The translations under genes and the position numbers were made by a program. From an uncultured Bacilli bacterium (lineage in GTDB: Bacteria; Bacillota_I; Bacilli_A; RF39; UBA660), in NCBI GenBank assembly GCA_947628905.1, contig CANRBQ010000003.1, positions 336 to 64,335 on the forward strand: a stretch of DNA of 64,000 bases. Direction: 5' to 3'. The notes under the pieces were generated by a model. The model was not told the origin of the DNA, did no database searches, and saw nothing but the letters and a program-made list of their open reading frames with translations. Positions 38,058 to 48,414 of this stretch are shown here, piece after piece; the stretch's first letter is position 1; each line of letters begins with the position of its first letter.

Positions 38058-40043
38058 ATGGAATTAACAGACATTAAAGGAGTAGGTCCTAAAACTTTGA
38101 AAAATCTCCAAGATTTAAATATTAATAAAGTTGAAGATCTATTAACATATTTTCCTTTTCGTTATGAAATATTTGAACCAATAAGTTTACCAAGTGATTA
38201 TAATGGTGAAAGAATTGCCATTAATGCTCAAGTAGAAACAAGCAGTAATGTTTACTTTTTTCGTAAAAATTTCAATCGCCTTCAATTTCGAGCAAACCAT
38301 GATGGCAAAACAATGTATGTTGTTATTTATAATCGTGCTTTTATTAAACCCTATATTTTAATAGGTAAAACTATAACTTTAATTGGAAAATATGATCAAA
38401 CTAAAAATACCTTTGTCTGTGATGATATTAAATTAACACCCATAACTAAAAAAGAATTAATACCTATATATCACCAAAACAAAAATATTAAATCGAATGA
38501 TATAAGAAAAATTATTATTAATGCTTTAACAGATGCTGTAGCTTTACCAAATTATATTCCTTCATCTATTGCCTTAAAATACAATTTTGTTACTAAAAAA
38601 CAAGCTTTACGTATGATTCATAATCCTAAAAATGAACAAGAAGTAAAAAAAGCAACTTTATTTTTTAAATATGAAGAATTCTTTTTATTTATGTTTAAAG
38701 TTAATTATATGAAAAAAAATAATGAAAGCATTTATAAAGAAGAGAAGTATTTTACAGATGAAGACATCAATAATTTTATTGCCACGTTACCTTTCAATTT
38801 AACCGGAAGCCAACAAGAAGCATTAGCACTAATTTTAACTGATATGAAAAGTAATAAAAAAATGAATCGTTTAGTTTTAGGAGATGTTGGCAGTGGTAAA
38901 ACTATTGTTAGCTTTGTTTCTATGTATGCTAGTTTTAAAGCAGGTTATCAAAGTGTTTTAATGGCTCCAACAGAAGTTTTAGCAAGACAACATTATATTA
39001 GTGCTCTAAATTATTTTAAAGATTTTCATATTAAAGTTGGTCTTCTAGTGGGCAGTATGACCAAAAAAGAAAAAGATGCTATAAAAGATGAATTATTAAA
39101 TGGCAATATTGATATTTTAATAGGTACTCATGCTATAATTGAAGAAAGTGTAAAATTTTATCGTTTAGGCTTAGTAATTACTGATGAACAACATCGTTTT
39201 GGCGTTAAACAAAGAGAAATACTAAAAAGTAAAGGTGAGGTAGCGGATGCTCTATATATGAGTGCTACTCCTATTCCAAGAAGTTATGCCCTAACTTTAT
39301 ATGGCGATTTAGATGTATCTTTTATTACTCAAAAGCCTGGAGGAAGAAAAGAAATAATTACCAAAGTAAAAAAGTATAAGGAATTAAAAGATGTCTTAAA
39401 ACATATTCTAAATGAAGTAAAAGAAAGTCATCAAGTTTACGTTGTTGCTAGTTTAATCGGAGATAATGAAGAATTAGATTTAAAAAGTGTTGAAACTCTA
39501 AAAGCTAAATTTGATACAGCATATAAAAATAAAATTCCAACAGAAATATTACATGGCAAATTAAAGCAAAAAGAAAAAGATGCTATCATGGAAAGATTTA
39601 AAAACAATGAAACTAAAATTTTAATATCAACTACTGTAATTGAAGTCGGTGTAGATGTTAAAAACGCTACTATCATGGTTATATTTGATGCTGATCGTTT
39701 TGGCCTTGCTACTCTCCATCAATTAAGAGGACGTGTAGGAAGAAACTCTTTAGATAGTTATTGCTATTTGATATGTGATAAAGAAGTAGAGCGGTTAAAG
39801 GTTCTTGAAGAAAGTAACGATGGATTCTATATTTCTGAACGAGATTTAGAGTTAAGAGGAGAAGGGGATTTATTTGGCATTGAACAAAGTGGAGCCAAAA
39901 CATTTAAGATTGCTAACTTAAAAACAGATGCTAAAATTTTAATGCAAGCTAAAAATGATAGTGAAGAATATTTAAACTCCAAAGAGTATAAAAATAATTT
40001 ATCGTATTATAAAATTATAAAAGATTTAGACAGATTAAATTAA
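38058..40043 (+). CDS. recG: ATP-dependent DNA helicase RecG
   Basis: Wedge/OB N-terminus, LTGSQQEA, Walker A GDVGSGKT, DEQHRFG, QLRGRVGR. 661 aa. Confidence 0.95.
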   Translation: MELTDIKGVGPKTLKNLQDLNINKVEDLLTYFPFRYEIFEPISLPSDYNGERIAINAQVETSSNVYFFRKNFNRLQFRANHDGKTMYVVIYNRAFIKPYILIGKTITLIGKYDQTKNTFVCDDIKLTPITKKELIPIYHQNKNIKSNDIRKIIINALTDAVALPNYIPSSIALKYNFVTKKQALRMIHNPKNEQEVKKATLFFKYEEFFLFMFKVNYMKKNNESIYKEEKYFTDEDINNFIATLPFNLTGSQQEALALILTDMKSNKKMNRLVLGDVGSGKTIVSFVSMYASFKAGYQSVLMAPTEVLARQHYISALNYFKDFHIKVGLLVGSMTKKEKDAIKDELLNGNIDILIGTHAIIEESVKFYRLGLVITDEQHRFGVKQREILKSKGEVADALYMSATPIPRSYALTLYGDLDVSFITQKPGGRKEIITKVKKYKELKDVLKHILNEVKESHQVYVVASLIGDNEELDLKSVETLKAKFDTAYKNKIPTEILHGKLKQKEKDAIMERFKNNETKILISTTVIEVGVDVKNATIMVIFDADRFGLATLHQLRGRVGRNSLDSYCYLICDKEVERLKVLEESNDGFYISERDLELRGEGDLFGIEQSGAKTFKIANLKTDAKILMQAKNDSEEYLNSKEYKNNLSYYKIIKDLDRLN

Positions 40044-40101
40044 ATGTAAAAATTAATCAAATTTAATTGACAAATTTCTAAAAACATAATATCATTATAA
40101 T

Positions 40102-40196
40102 GACATGATGAACATCATGTCCGAATTCACTTTCACGACTTTATGTGAAAGTGGAGTCAACCAAAACCCCCTGAAGGAGCCGAAAGGCTCCATTTT
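40102..40196 (+). ncRNA. Candidate ~95-nt structured sRNA with its own promoter and terminator (family not recognised)
   Basis: TTGACA (40067-40072), 17 nt, TATCAT (40090-40095). Hairpins GACATGAT..ATCATGTC (40102-40121) and TCACTTTCAC..GTGAAAGTGG (40126-40153). Terminator GGAGCC-GAAA-GGCTCC plus T5 (about 40175-40196). Confidence 0.5.
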
Positions 40197-40288
40197 TGTG
40201 TGTTTTAATTTATATCAGATACTATAGCAAAATATATATTGACATAATATTCCAAAGCCGGTATAATATAATTAATGAGGTGATAGCA

Positions 40289-41206
40289 TTGCAAATTAAA
40301 GAAGCAAGTAAAAAATGGAATATTAGTGAAAGAAGAATAAGAAAATTAATTCAAGATGGTCGAATTGAAGGTGCTGAAAAAATTGGTACAACTTGGATTA
40401 TCCCAAATGAAACTGATAAACCAATTGATAAAAGATTTAAAGAAGAAGAAAATTTTATAATTAACTTGCCAGCAGATTATTTTAAGGGTGTTGATGAAAA
40501 ATTAGCCATATTAAATAGTAAAAGGCCATTATCCAAAGCAACTTTAAAGTCATTAGAAGAAAATAACATTTTAAACTGGACTTATAATAGTAATGCCATT
40601 GAAGGTAATACATTAACACTTAGAGAAACAAAAGTAGTATTAGAAGGAATTACAATCGGGGGAAAATCCCTAAAAGAACATTTAGAAGTAATTAACCATA
40701 AAGATGCTATTTTATTTTTAGAAGAGCTTGTAAAAAAAGACGAAAATATTTCTGAATGGAATATTAAAAATATTCATAGCTTAATATTAAAAGAAATAGA
40801 TAATGAAAATGCTGGAAAATATAGACTAGAAAATGTGAAAATATCTGGAGCTTCTAAAGTTCCCCCAGATTATCTTAAAGTTCCTGAAGAAATGGAAAAA
40901 TTAATAGATAGATACGAAAATTGGAAACAATATCATCCATTAGTTAAAGCAGCTTTACTACATGGTGAATTTGTATTTATTCATCCATTTGTAGATGGCA
41001 ATGGAAGAACAGCAAGATTATTAATGAATTTTGAAGCCATGAAAAGTGGTTACTTACCAATAATCATAAAAGCAGATGTTAGAGCTAAATACTATGATGC
41101 TCTAGATATGGCCATGTTAAAGGGTGATTATACTGATTTTATCAAACTTATTGTAGAAGAAGAAAATAAAATATTAGATCAATATTTAGAAATTACAAAT
41201 AATTAA
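40289..41206 (+). CDS. Fic-domain protein with N-terminal excisionase/MerR-type HTH
   Basis: Fic motif HPFVDGNGRTARLL. N-terminal IKEASKKWNISERRIRKLIQDGRI. TTG start at 40289, 5 nt after GAGGTGA. Promoter TTGACA, 17 nt, TATAAT at 40240-40268. Confidence 0.85.
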   Translation: MQIKEASKKWNISERRIRKLIQDGRIEGAEKIGTTWIIPNETDKPIDKRFKEEENFIINLPADYFKGVDEKLAILNSKRPLSKATLKSLEENNILNWTYNSNAIEGNTLTLRETKVVLEGITIGGKSLKEHLEVINHKDAILFLEELVKKDENISEWNIKNIHSLILKEIDNENAGKYRLENVKISGASKVPPDYLKVPEEMEKLIDRYENWKQYHPLVKAALLHGEFVFIHPFVDGNGRTARLLMNFEAMKSGYLPIIIKADVRAKYYDALDMAMLKGDYTDFIKLIVEEENKILDQYLEITNN

Positions 41207-41443
41207 AGAGTTAAAGTTAGGAGAAGTAGTATTATAAAAGCCAAGGAAAAAGTTATATTAAGAAATGTTCTATATGGAATAAATTTATTCCCGTATTTCC
41301 AAGAAATCATAATCATTCTCTTTTTTAAAAGAAAATAATTATTAAAAAATAACCCCAATAATATTAGAAATTCCTTAATTTACATCTTAAAATATCCATG
41401 ATATAATCTATATATAAAGTTATTTACTTTAAAAGAAAAAGAG

Positions 41444-42082
41444 ATGATACAAATGAATGGAGATATTTTTTCAAAACATCCTGATTGGGATTATTGTCTT
41501 GAAGGGGCAAAAAAATTAGTTATTGGCACAATGCCACCATATAATGTTTGTAAAAATAAAAGAAATAGGTTTAACTATTTTTATAGTTCCAAAAGCAATT
41601 ATTTTTGGCATATATTAAATTTTATTAATAAAGATAATAAAACTACGAATATAGATAAAAAAAATTATAATTTAGTAAACGAAGAAGAATGTAAAAAGTT
41701 ATTGCGAGATAATAAAATTGGAATTATAGATGTTGTTGAAAAATGTATCCATAACGAAAACGAAAAAGGAGAGCCTTCAGCATCTGATAAAGATTTATTA
41801 AGTATAAAACCTATTAATTTAATAGAAAAATTAAAAGAAAATAAAAATATTGATGAAATATATTGTACCAGTGAATTTACTAAAACATTACTAAACATTT
41901 TTTATGCACAAAAAATTAGCTATGATAAAAAAACGAAAAAGGGGAAAATAATTTTTTGGGGAATAGATAAAGTTTATGATTTATATATTCTCTTTTCTCC
42001 AGCCAAACAAGTATATTATACATTCAAAAATAAAAGAGATAAATATTTAGAAAATTATCGTATTCTATTAAATAAAAATTAA
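41444..42082 (+). CDS. UDG-superfamily protein resembling family-6 hypoxanthine/deoxyinosine DNA glycosylase
   Basis: LVIGTMPP..RFNYFYSSKSNYFWHIL resembles the GSFPS..FYY....N.FW motif of that family. Motif-level call only. Confidence 0.4.
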   Translation: MIQMNGDIFSKHPDWDYCLEGAKKLVIGTMPPYNVCKNKRNRFNYFYSSKSNYFWHILNFINKDNKTTNIDKKNYNLVNEEECKKLLRDNKIGIIDVVEKCIHNENEKGEPSASDKDLLSIKPINLIEKLKENKNIDEIYCTSEFTKTLLNIFYAQKISYDKKTKKGKIIFWGIDKVYDLYILFSPAKQVYYTFKNKRDKYLENYRILLNKN

Positions 42083-42115
42083 AATAAAAAAAATATATAA
42101 TATAAAGAGGTAATC

Positions 42116-42517
42116 ATGAGTAAAGAATTTAAATTAAAAAAAATAACCCAACAAATAACTGAAGATGAATATATATCTAACATAAATGATATTTTAGGAG
42201 AAGTTAAAAATATAACTTTAAAAGCTACAATTATTGATATGAAAAGATTAGAATTAAAAGAAGGAATTATTGTTGGATTAAAACTAAAAGACCAAAGTGG
42301 TATCATGCCTGCTTTATTAATTGGTAGTCGTGATATTGAATTTAAAAATCTTCTAAAAGAATTATCTCTTAATGAAGTTTATCTAATTAAAGGAAATACT
42401 CTAACATTAAAAGAACCTAATGAAAAAGAATTAGATATCATAAAAAATCATTTAACAGATATTATTAATGTTGGAGATATTTTTTTAGCTCTAAAATCTA
42501 TAAAAAAAGTAAACTAA
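42116..42517 (+). CDS. Hypothetical 133-aa protein
   Basis: Good RBS (AGAGGT), no recognisable motifs, tightly packed between the UDG-like and PcfJ-like genes. Confidence 0.4.
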   Translation: MSKEFKLKKITQQITEDEYISNINDILGEVKNITLKATIIDMKRLELKEGIIVGLKLKDQSGIMPALLIGSRDIEFKNLLKELSLNEVYLIKGNTLTLKEPNEKELDIIKNHLTDIINVGDIFLALKSIKKVN

Positions 42518-42568
42518 AAATATTATTTTATCTTACTATAAATATATACTTGAAAAAGGTGATAAAAT

Positions 42569-44017
42569 ATGCGACAACTTAAATTAGATATTAAAGACGA
42601 AAACATAATCCAACAATATTGGCAATCTAGTAATGATATACCTAAAAAAATAAAAAAATATCTTGAAAACTATTGCCATAATTTTATTTTAGAAGATATG
42701 GATACCCAAATTTTCTATTGTTCTTCCTGTCTTTATAAATTAAATGAATCTAAAGTTTGTGAACAATGTCATAAAAAATATAATTTTAAAAATCAAAGCA
42801 ATATTTATAAAGTAAATATAAATGACTTAAAAAGACAAGAGTTAAATTGTACACATCTTGTTTTTGATACTCCTGATAATGAAGTAATATTATATGTAAT
42901 TGATACTCATGTATCTTATGATAATTCTTTATCTAGTAAACCTATAAGGAATATTTCTTTTAAAATAGAAAATGCTTATCACATATTAAAAGATAGATGT
43001 CAAAATTTATATACTAAAAAAGTTTATTTATATAAAGATATAACAGAAAACATAATCAATGAAAAATATATTTTTTGTGATGATATAGATATTTCTCTTG
43101 ATGAATACACTTATAATAAATATTTATACCCAGATAATTTAGATAATTTAAAAAATACCATTTATTGTTATACCCGTATATGGCAAGCTAAAAAATATTT
43201 AAAAAACAAACATATATGTATCTCCAATTTAGTTTATATTCCTCTTTATTATCCTGGCTTTGAATATTTAATTAAATATAAATTATATTCTCTTGCCTTT
43301 GATAATCCCCATTTAATAAAATATGATAAAGAAACTAAAAAAATATTAAACCCCAAAAGTGAATATTTAGAATTCATAATAAAAAATAATCTAGACTATT
43401 GGCATTTTGAAGCTTTAAAATTATGTAAAATTAAAAATATAAAACTAATTAATTTTATGCATGAAACTGTAGAAATTTATGAATATTTATTGAAATTTCC
43501 CAAAATAAAGATACTAGAATTATATAATTATTTAAAAACTAACAATTATGATATAATTGAATACTATGATTATATCCGTTTTTCTAAACTTTTAGGTTAT
43601 GATTTAACTAATAAAGAAATTATTTATCCTCATAATTTAAAAGAAGCTCATCAAAAAATTATTGAGCAAAAAGACATAGTTTATGATAAAAAATATGATG
43701 AAAAAATAAAAAAATTAACTAAGATTTTAGAAAAAAATAAATATGAAGATAATGAGTATATTATTTATCCTGCTCCTTCAGTTAAAGAATTAATTAATGA
43801 AGGTAAAAATCAAAATAATTGTTTAAGATTTTATATTGAAGACTATAGTAATAATAAAACTCAAATTTATTTTATGCGCAAAAAAGAAAATTTAAAAAAA
43901 TCTTTTATTACTATTGAAATAAAAAATAGAAAATTAATTCAAGCAAGATTAAAAAACAATGAAATACCTAATAAAAATATTTTAAATATCTTAAATACAT
44001 GGGCAAGTAAACTCTAA
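42569..44017 (+). CDS. PcfJ-like protein with N-terminal zinc ribbon
   Basis: CSSCLYKL..CEQCHKKY. C-terminal LINEGKNQNNCLRFYIEDYSNNKTQIYFMRKK..SFITIEIKNRKLIQARLKNN matches the PcfJ-like core pattern. Confidence 0.55.
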   Translation: MRQLKLDIKDENIIQQYWQSSNDIPKKIKKYLENYCHNFILEDMDTQIFYCSSCLYKLNESKVCEQCHKKYNFKNQSNIYKVNINDLKRQELNCTHLVFDTPDNEVILYVIDTHVSYDNSLSSKPIRNISFKIENAYHILKDRCQNLYTKKVYLYKDITENIINEKYIFCDDIDISLDEYTYNKYLYPDNLDNLKNTIYCYTRIWQAKKYLKNKHICISNLVYIPLYYPGFEYLIKYKLYSLAFDNPHLIKYDKETKKILNPKSEYLEFIIKNNLDYWHFEALKLCKIKNIKLINFMHETVEIYEYLLKFPKIKILELYNYLKTNNYDIIEYYDYIRFSKLLGYDLTNKEIIYPHNLKEAHQKIIEQKDIVYDKKYDEKIKKLTKILEKNKYEDNEYIIYPAPSVKELINEGKNQNNCLRFYIEDYSNNKTQIYFMRKKENLKKSFITIEIKNRKLIQARLKNNEIPNKNILNILNTWASKL

Positions 44018-44124
44018 CATTTTATTATTCATCAAATTATTTTAACCCATTTACTATTCTATAATATATTGCTATAATACTTATATAAAACAAATAATAA
44101 TTTGTTAATTGAAAGGAATATAAT

Positions 44125-45099
44125 ATGTGTACTGCAATAACTTATAATACTAAAGATCATTATTTTGGAAGGAATTTAGATTTAGAATATTCTTATAAAG
44201 AAACGGTTACAATAACTCCTCGTAATTATCCATTTAAATTTAGAAAAGTAAATGATATTAATAATCATTATGCTATTATTGGAATGTCTTATGTTGCCAA
44301 TGATTATCCATTATATTATGATGCTATAAATGAAAAAGGATTAGGCATGGCTGGCTTAAATTTTCCTCAAAATGCTGATTATAAAGAAGAACAAGATAAT
44401 AAAGATAATATTGCTCCCTTTGAGTTTATTCCATGGATACTTTCCCAGTGTGCTAATATAAAAGAAGCTAAAGCTTTATTAAATAAAATAAATATAGCTC
44501 AAATTAATTTTAGTGAAGAATTAAAAGCATCTCCTCTTCATTGGATTATCGCTGATAAAGAAAGTTCAATTACAGTAGAAAGTGTTAAAGAAGGCTTAAA
44601 AATTTATGATAATCCTGTAGGAATTTTAACTAATAATCCTCCTTTTGATTATCACATGATTAATTTAAATAATTATATGAGTCTATCAATAGAACAACCC
44701 ATAAATAATTTTTCCAAAAAATTAAATTTTGATATTTATAGTCGCGGCATGGGAGCTTTAGGGTTACCAGGTGATTTATCATCTGCATCACGTTTTGTTA
44801 AAGCAACATTTACCAAAATGAATTCCATATCTGGTGATTCTGAACAAGAAAGCATTAGCCAATTTTTCCATATTTTAGGCTCAGTTGAACAACAAAGAGG
44901 ATGTGTTCATATGAAAGATAATGAATATGAAATAACCATTTATAGTTCATGTTGTAATATGGATAAAGGAATATATTATTATAAGACTTATGAAAATAGC
45001 CAGATAACAGGAATCAACATGTTTAAAGAAGATTTAGATAGTACAAAATTAATTAATTATGATTTAATTACCAGTGAAAATATATACATGCAAAACTAA
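44125..45099 (+). CDS. Choloylglycine (bile salt) hydrolase / linear amide C-N hydrolase, Ntn family
   Basis: MCTAITY.. places the nucleophile Cys2. FGRNLD, PLHWIIAD, LTNNPPFDYH. Confidence 0.85.
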   Translation: MCTAITYNTKDHYFGRNLDLEYSYKETVTITPRNYPFKFRKVNDINNHYAIIGMSYVANDYPLYYDAINEKGLGMAGLNFPQNADYKEEQDNKDNIAPFEFIPWILSQCANIKEAKALLNKINIAQINFSEELKASPLHWIIADKESSITVESVKEGLKIYDNPVGILTNNPPFDYHMINLNNYMSLSIEQPINNFSKKLNFDIYSRGMGALGLPGDLSSASRFVKATFTKMNSISGDSEQESISQFFHILGSVEQQRGCVHMKDNEYEITIYSSCCNMDKGIYYYKTYENSQITGINMFKEDLDSTKLINYDLITSENIYMQN

Positions 45100-45197
45100 T
45101 TAAAGACTAGTTTTAGATTGCTTTTTTATTAATATAAATATTGTTAAATAAATAATAAAGTGCTATACTTAACTTAATAAATTATAGGAGAACATAT

Positions 45198-45722
45198 ATG
45201 GAAACAAGAAAAAAAGAAATAGTTAAAATGCTTTTAAATCAAGACTTAGGAGAAAAAGATGAAGAAGAAATAATTGATCTATTAGTAAACAGTCCTATCA
45301 CTTTAGATGTTGATAAAGAAAATGATGCTAAAATGACGTTTGGAGATAAAGTTGCTGATAAAATATCTGCTATCGCTGGTAGTTGGACTTTTATAATTTT
45401 ATTCACTAGCTTTTTAATATTTTGGATTGTTTTAAATGCTGTCATTTTAGTTAAAAATCCTATTGACCCTTATCCTTTTATATTATTAAATTTAGTTTTA
45501 TCATGTATCGCTGCTTTACAAGCTCCAATTATAATGATGAGCCAAAATAGACAAGCCAAAAAAGATACTATAAGAAACAAAAATGATTATCATACTGATT
45601 TAAAAAGTGAATTAATATTAGAACAATTATATGAACATCTTGATGAACTTTTAGAAAATCAAGAAAAAATAATTAATTATTTTAAAAAAGTTAAAGAAAA
45701 AGAAGATACTAAAAAACCATAA
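45198..45722 (+). CDS. DUF1003 membrane protein
   Basis: GDKVADKISAIAGSWTFII..DPYPFILLNLVLSCIAALQAPIIMMSQNRQ is typical of DUF1003. Confidence 0.75.
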   Translation: METRKKEIVKMLLNQDLGEKDEEEIIDLLVNSPITLDVDKENDAKMTFGDKVADKISAIAGSWTFIILFTSFLIFWIVLNAVILVKNPIDPYPFILLNLVLSCIAALQAPIIMMSQNRQAKKDTIRNKNDYHTDLKSELILEQLYEHLDELLENQEKIINYFKKVKEKEDTKKP

Positions 45723-45747
45723 GAAAGAAAAAAACTCTTTCTTTTTA

Positions 45748-48351
45748 TTAATCTTTAAAGAGTTTAACAAACAGTTTTTTAGCTAATTCATCTATTAAAA
45801 ATACTGCCATAACTATAATAATAACATATGTTACCTGAATAAAATTTAAATCTGTTATTTTAAATATTTTTTTAACTGGCGACATAAATAATATAACTTG
45901 AATTATAATCAAACTAAGTATACTTATATTCATAAACTTATTTTTAAATAAATTTTTATTTAAAACATTTTTTTTCAAATTACGACATGAATAAGCATAT
46001 ACCATTTCTAATAATACTAATGTTAAAAATGCCATTGAAGTTGCTACTTGAATATTATAAAGTTTCAAATTTACAAAATAAACAACTAATATAGCTAAAG
46101 CTTTAAGAATAGATACTAAAATAAGTTTAGATATAAGAAAAGGAGTAAAAAATGAACTATCTTTTTTTCTTATTTCTCTTTTCATAATATTATCATCACT
46201 ATCTTCAAAAGCAAGAGCAATCGCTGGAATAGAATCTGTAATTAAATTAATATATAAAAGTTGAATAGGAAGAAATATCTCTAAACCAAATATCATTCCA
46301 ATAAAAACTACTAAAACTTCGGCAATATTACAAGAAAGAAGATAAACCAGTACATTTCTAATATTATCATATATTCTTCTACCTTCTTTAACAGCCCCAA
46401 CAATTGTTGCAAAGCTATCATCGGCAAGAACAATATCTGATACACTTTTAGATACTTCTGTTCCTGTTATTCCCATACCAACTCCAATATTAGCCGCTTT
46501 TAATGCTGGGGCATCATTTACTCCATCTCCCGTCATTGCAACTATTTTATTATCTTGTTTCCAAGCATTAACAATAGCTAATTTATTAATAGGACTAACT
46601 CGCGCATAAACAGTATATTTATGAATATTTTTTCTTAATTCTTCTTCACTCATTAAATCAAGATCTGAACCCATAATAGCTTCTTCATCTTTTTTTAATA
46701 TCCCAATATCTTTAGCAATAGCTTTAGCCGTAGCTAAACTATCTCCTGTAATCATAATTGGTTTAATATGAGCTTCTTTACATTCTTTAATAGCTAATTT
46801 AACATCATCTCTCGGAGGATCAATCATCATAGTCATTCCTACAAAAATTAAATCATTTTCTAAATTATTATCTAACTTATAATTATTATTAATATCTTTA
46901 TATGCATAAGCAAGTATTCTATAAGCTTTTAATGATTCATTAGTTTCAATATTTTTTAATTCTTTTATTTTATTTTGATTTAATTTAATAACTTTATCAT
47001 TTTCTAAAACATAACTACAATGCTTAATTAATGAATCAAAACTACCTTTAGTGTATATTCTAATTTGATTATTATTTTCATTTATTGTTGACATCATTTT
47101 TCTATCTGAATCAAAAGGAAGTTCATCAATTCTTTTATTATTATTTCTAAATTTTATTATATCTAAACATTCTTCACAAACTTCATACAAGGCAATTTCT
47201 GTTGGATCTCCAATATATTCACTTTTATTTTTAATAGCATCATTATCTAAACTCATAATTTTAATAAGTATATTATCGTTATCAACATCATCAACATTTA
47301 CTATTTTATTATTATAGTATAATTCTTGTACTTTCATTTTATTTTGGGTAATAGTACCCGTTTTATCAGAACATATAATTTCTGTACATCCAAGAGTTTC
47401 AACACTAGCCATTTTTCTAACTATTGCTTTCTTTTTTGCCATTGCACCTATTCCTAAAGAAAGAGTAATTGTAATAACGGCCACTAAACCTTCCGGTATC
47501 GCAGCTACTGCAAGTGAAATTGCTAACATGAGAACATCTAATATTTTCCTCCTCTGTAAGATTCCCATAACAAGCATTACCAATATAATAATAACTATAA
47601 TAATTGATAAGAATTTACTTATATCATTTATTTTCTTTTGTAAAGGAGTAATTTCTTTCTCTTCATTTTGTAAACTTTTAGCAATTAGACCAAACTCTGT
47701 TTTCATTCCTACATCACACACCACAGCTTGACATTTTCCATAAACAATATTAGTTCCTGCATAAATCATATTATATCTTTCACTTAGGGGTACATCACTA
47801 TCAATAATTAAAGCATTTTTTTGAACAGCAACAGATTCTCCAGTTAAAGATGCCTCATCAATTTTTAAAGCCGAAGCACTAATTATTCTTGCATCAGCAG
47901 GAACTGTATCTCCAGCTTCAAGGACCAATATATCACCTTTAACAATATATTCACTATTTATTACATAAATATTTCCATTTCTTTTAACTTTAACTTTTGT
48001 AACTTGCATTTTTTTAAGTGAATCTATAGCTTTATCAGCTTTCAACTCTTGTAAAAAGCCTAATACAGCATTTAAAATAACAATAGCAATAATAATTATA
48101 CTATCAATAAAAGATTCTTTTCTAATAATAGAAATAACAAAAGAAACAATCGCTGCTATAAACAAAATAATAATCATTAAATCATTAAACTCTTTTAAAA
48201 ATTTAATTAAATAACTTTCTTTTTTTTCTTCATTAATTTTATTAAGTCCATCACTTTTTAATCTCTTATTAACTTCACTATCACTTAAACCATCTTTACT
48301 ACTATTTAAATATTCAATTACTTCATCTATATCCATATTATAATATTTCAT
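45748..48351 (-). CDS. Cation-transporting P-type ATPase (Ca2+/PMCA-SERCA-like, type II)
   Basis: TGES, phosphorylation site CSDKTGTITQN, MITGD, hinge MTGDGVNDAPALK, about 10 TM segments. ATG at 48351 follows GAGGG. Confidence 0.9.
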   Translation of the reverse strand: MKYYNMDIDEVIEYLNSSKDGLSDSEVNKRLKSDGLNKINEEKKESYLIKFLKEFNDLMIIILFIAAIVSFVISIIRKESFIDSIIIIAIVILNAVLGFLQELKADKAIDSLKKMQVTKVKVKRNGNIYVINSEYIVKGDILVLEAGDTVPADARIISASALKIDEASLTGESVAVQKNALIIDSDVPLSERYNMIYAGTNIVYGKCQAVVCDVGMKTEFGLIAKSLQNEEKEITPLQKKINDISKFLSIIIVIIILVMLVMGILQRRKILDVLMLAISLAVAAIPEGLVAVITITLSLGIGAMAKKKAIVRKMASVETLGCTEIICSDKTGTITQNKMKVQELYYNNKIVNVDDVDNDNILIKIMSLDNDAIKNKSEYIGDPTEIALYEVCEECLDIIKFRNNNKRIDELPFDSDRKMMSTINENNNQIRIYTKGSFDSLIKHCSYVLENDKVIKLNQNKIKELKNIETNESLKAYRILAYAYKDINNNYKLDNNLENDLIFVGMTMMIDPPRDDVKLAIKECKEAHIKPIMITGDSLATAKAIAKDIGILKKDEEAIMGSDLDLMSEEELRKNIHKYTVYARVSPINKLAIVNAWKQDNKIVAMTGDGVNDAPALKAANIGVGMGITGTEVSKSVSDIVLADDSFATIVGAVKEGRRIYDNIRNVLVYLLSCNIAEVLVVFIGMIFGLEIFLPIQLLYINLITDSIPAIALAFEDSDDNIMKREIRKKDSSFFTPFLISKLILVSILKALAILVVYFVNLKLYNIQVATSMAFLTLVLLEMVYAYSCRNLKKNVLNKNLFKNKFMNISILSLIIIQVILFMSPVKKIFKITDLNFIQVTYVIIIVMAVFLIDELAKKLFVKLFKD

Positions 48352-48414
48352 AAGCACCCTCGATTATCTATCTAACATTATAACATAATAACATAAAAAG
48401 AAAAATAATTAATC

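Noticed and set aside
40102-40196. Identification of the sRNA as SRP (4.5S/scRNA) or 6S RNA
   Set aside because: It lacks the conserved SRP domain IV loops (AGGUCAGG / GGAAGCAGCC-type motifs) and is too short and differently folded for 6S RNA.
40105-40227. 40-codon ORF starting at the ATG inside the sRNA candidate
   Set aside because: It has no Shine-Dalgarno, it starts inside the first hairpin, and it reads straight through a strong intrinsic terminator. A non-coding RNA is the simpler reading.
41222-41335. Possible ~35-codon ORF after the Fic gene (AGGAG followed by att ata aaa..)
   Set aside because: It would need a non-canonical ATT/ATA start and contains a perfect palindrome (GGAATAAATTTATTCC). 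It is more likely terminator or spacer sequence.
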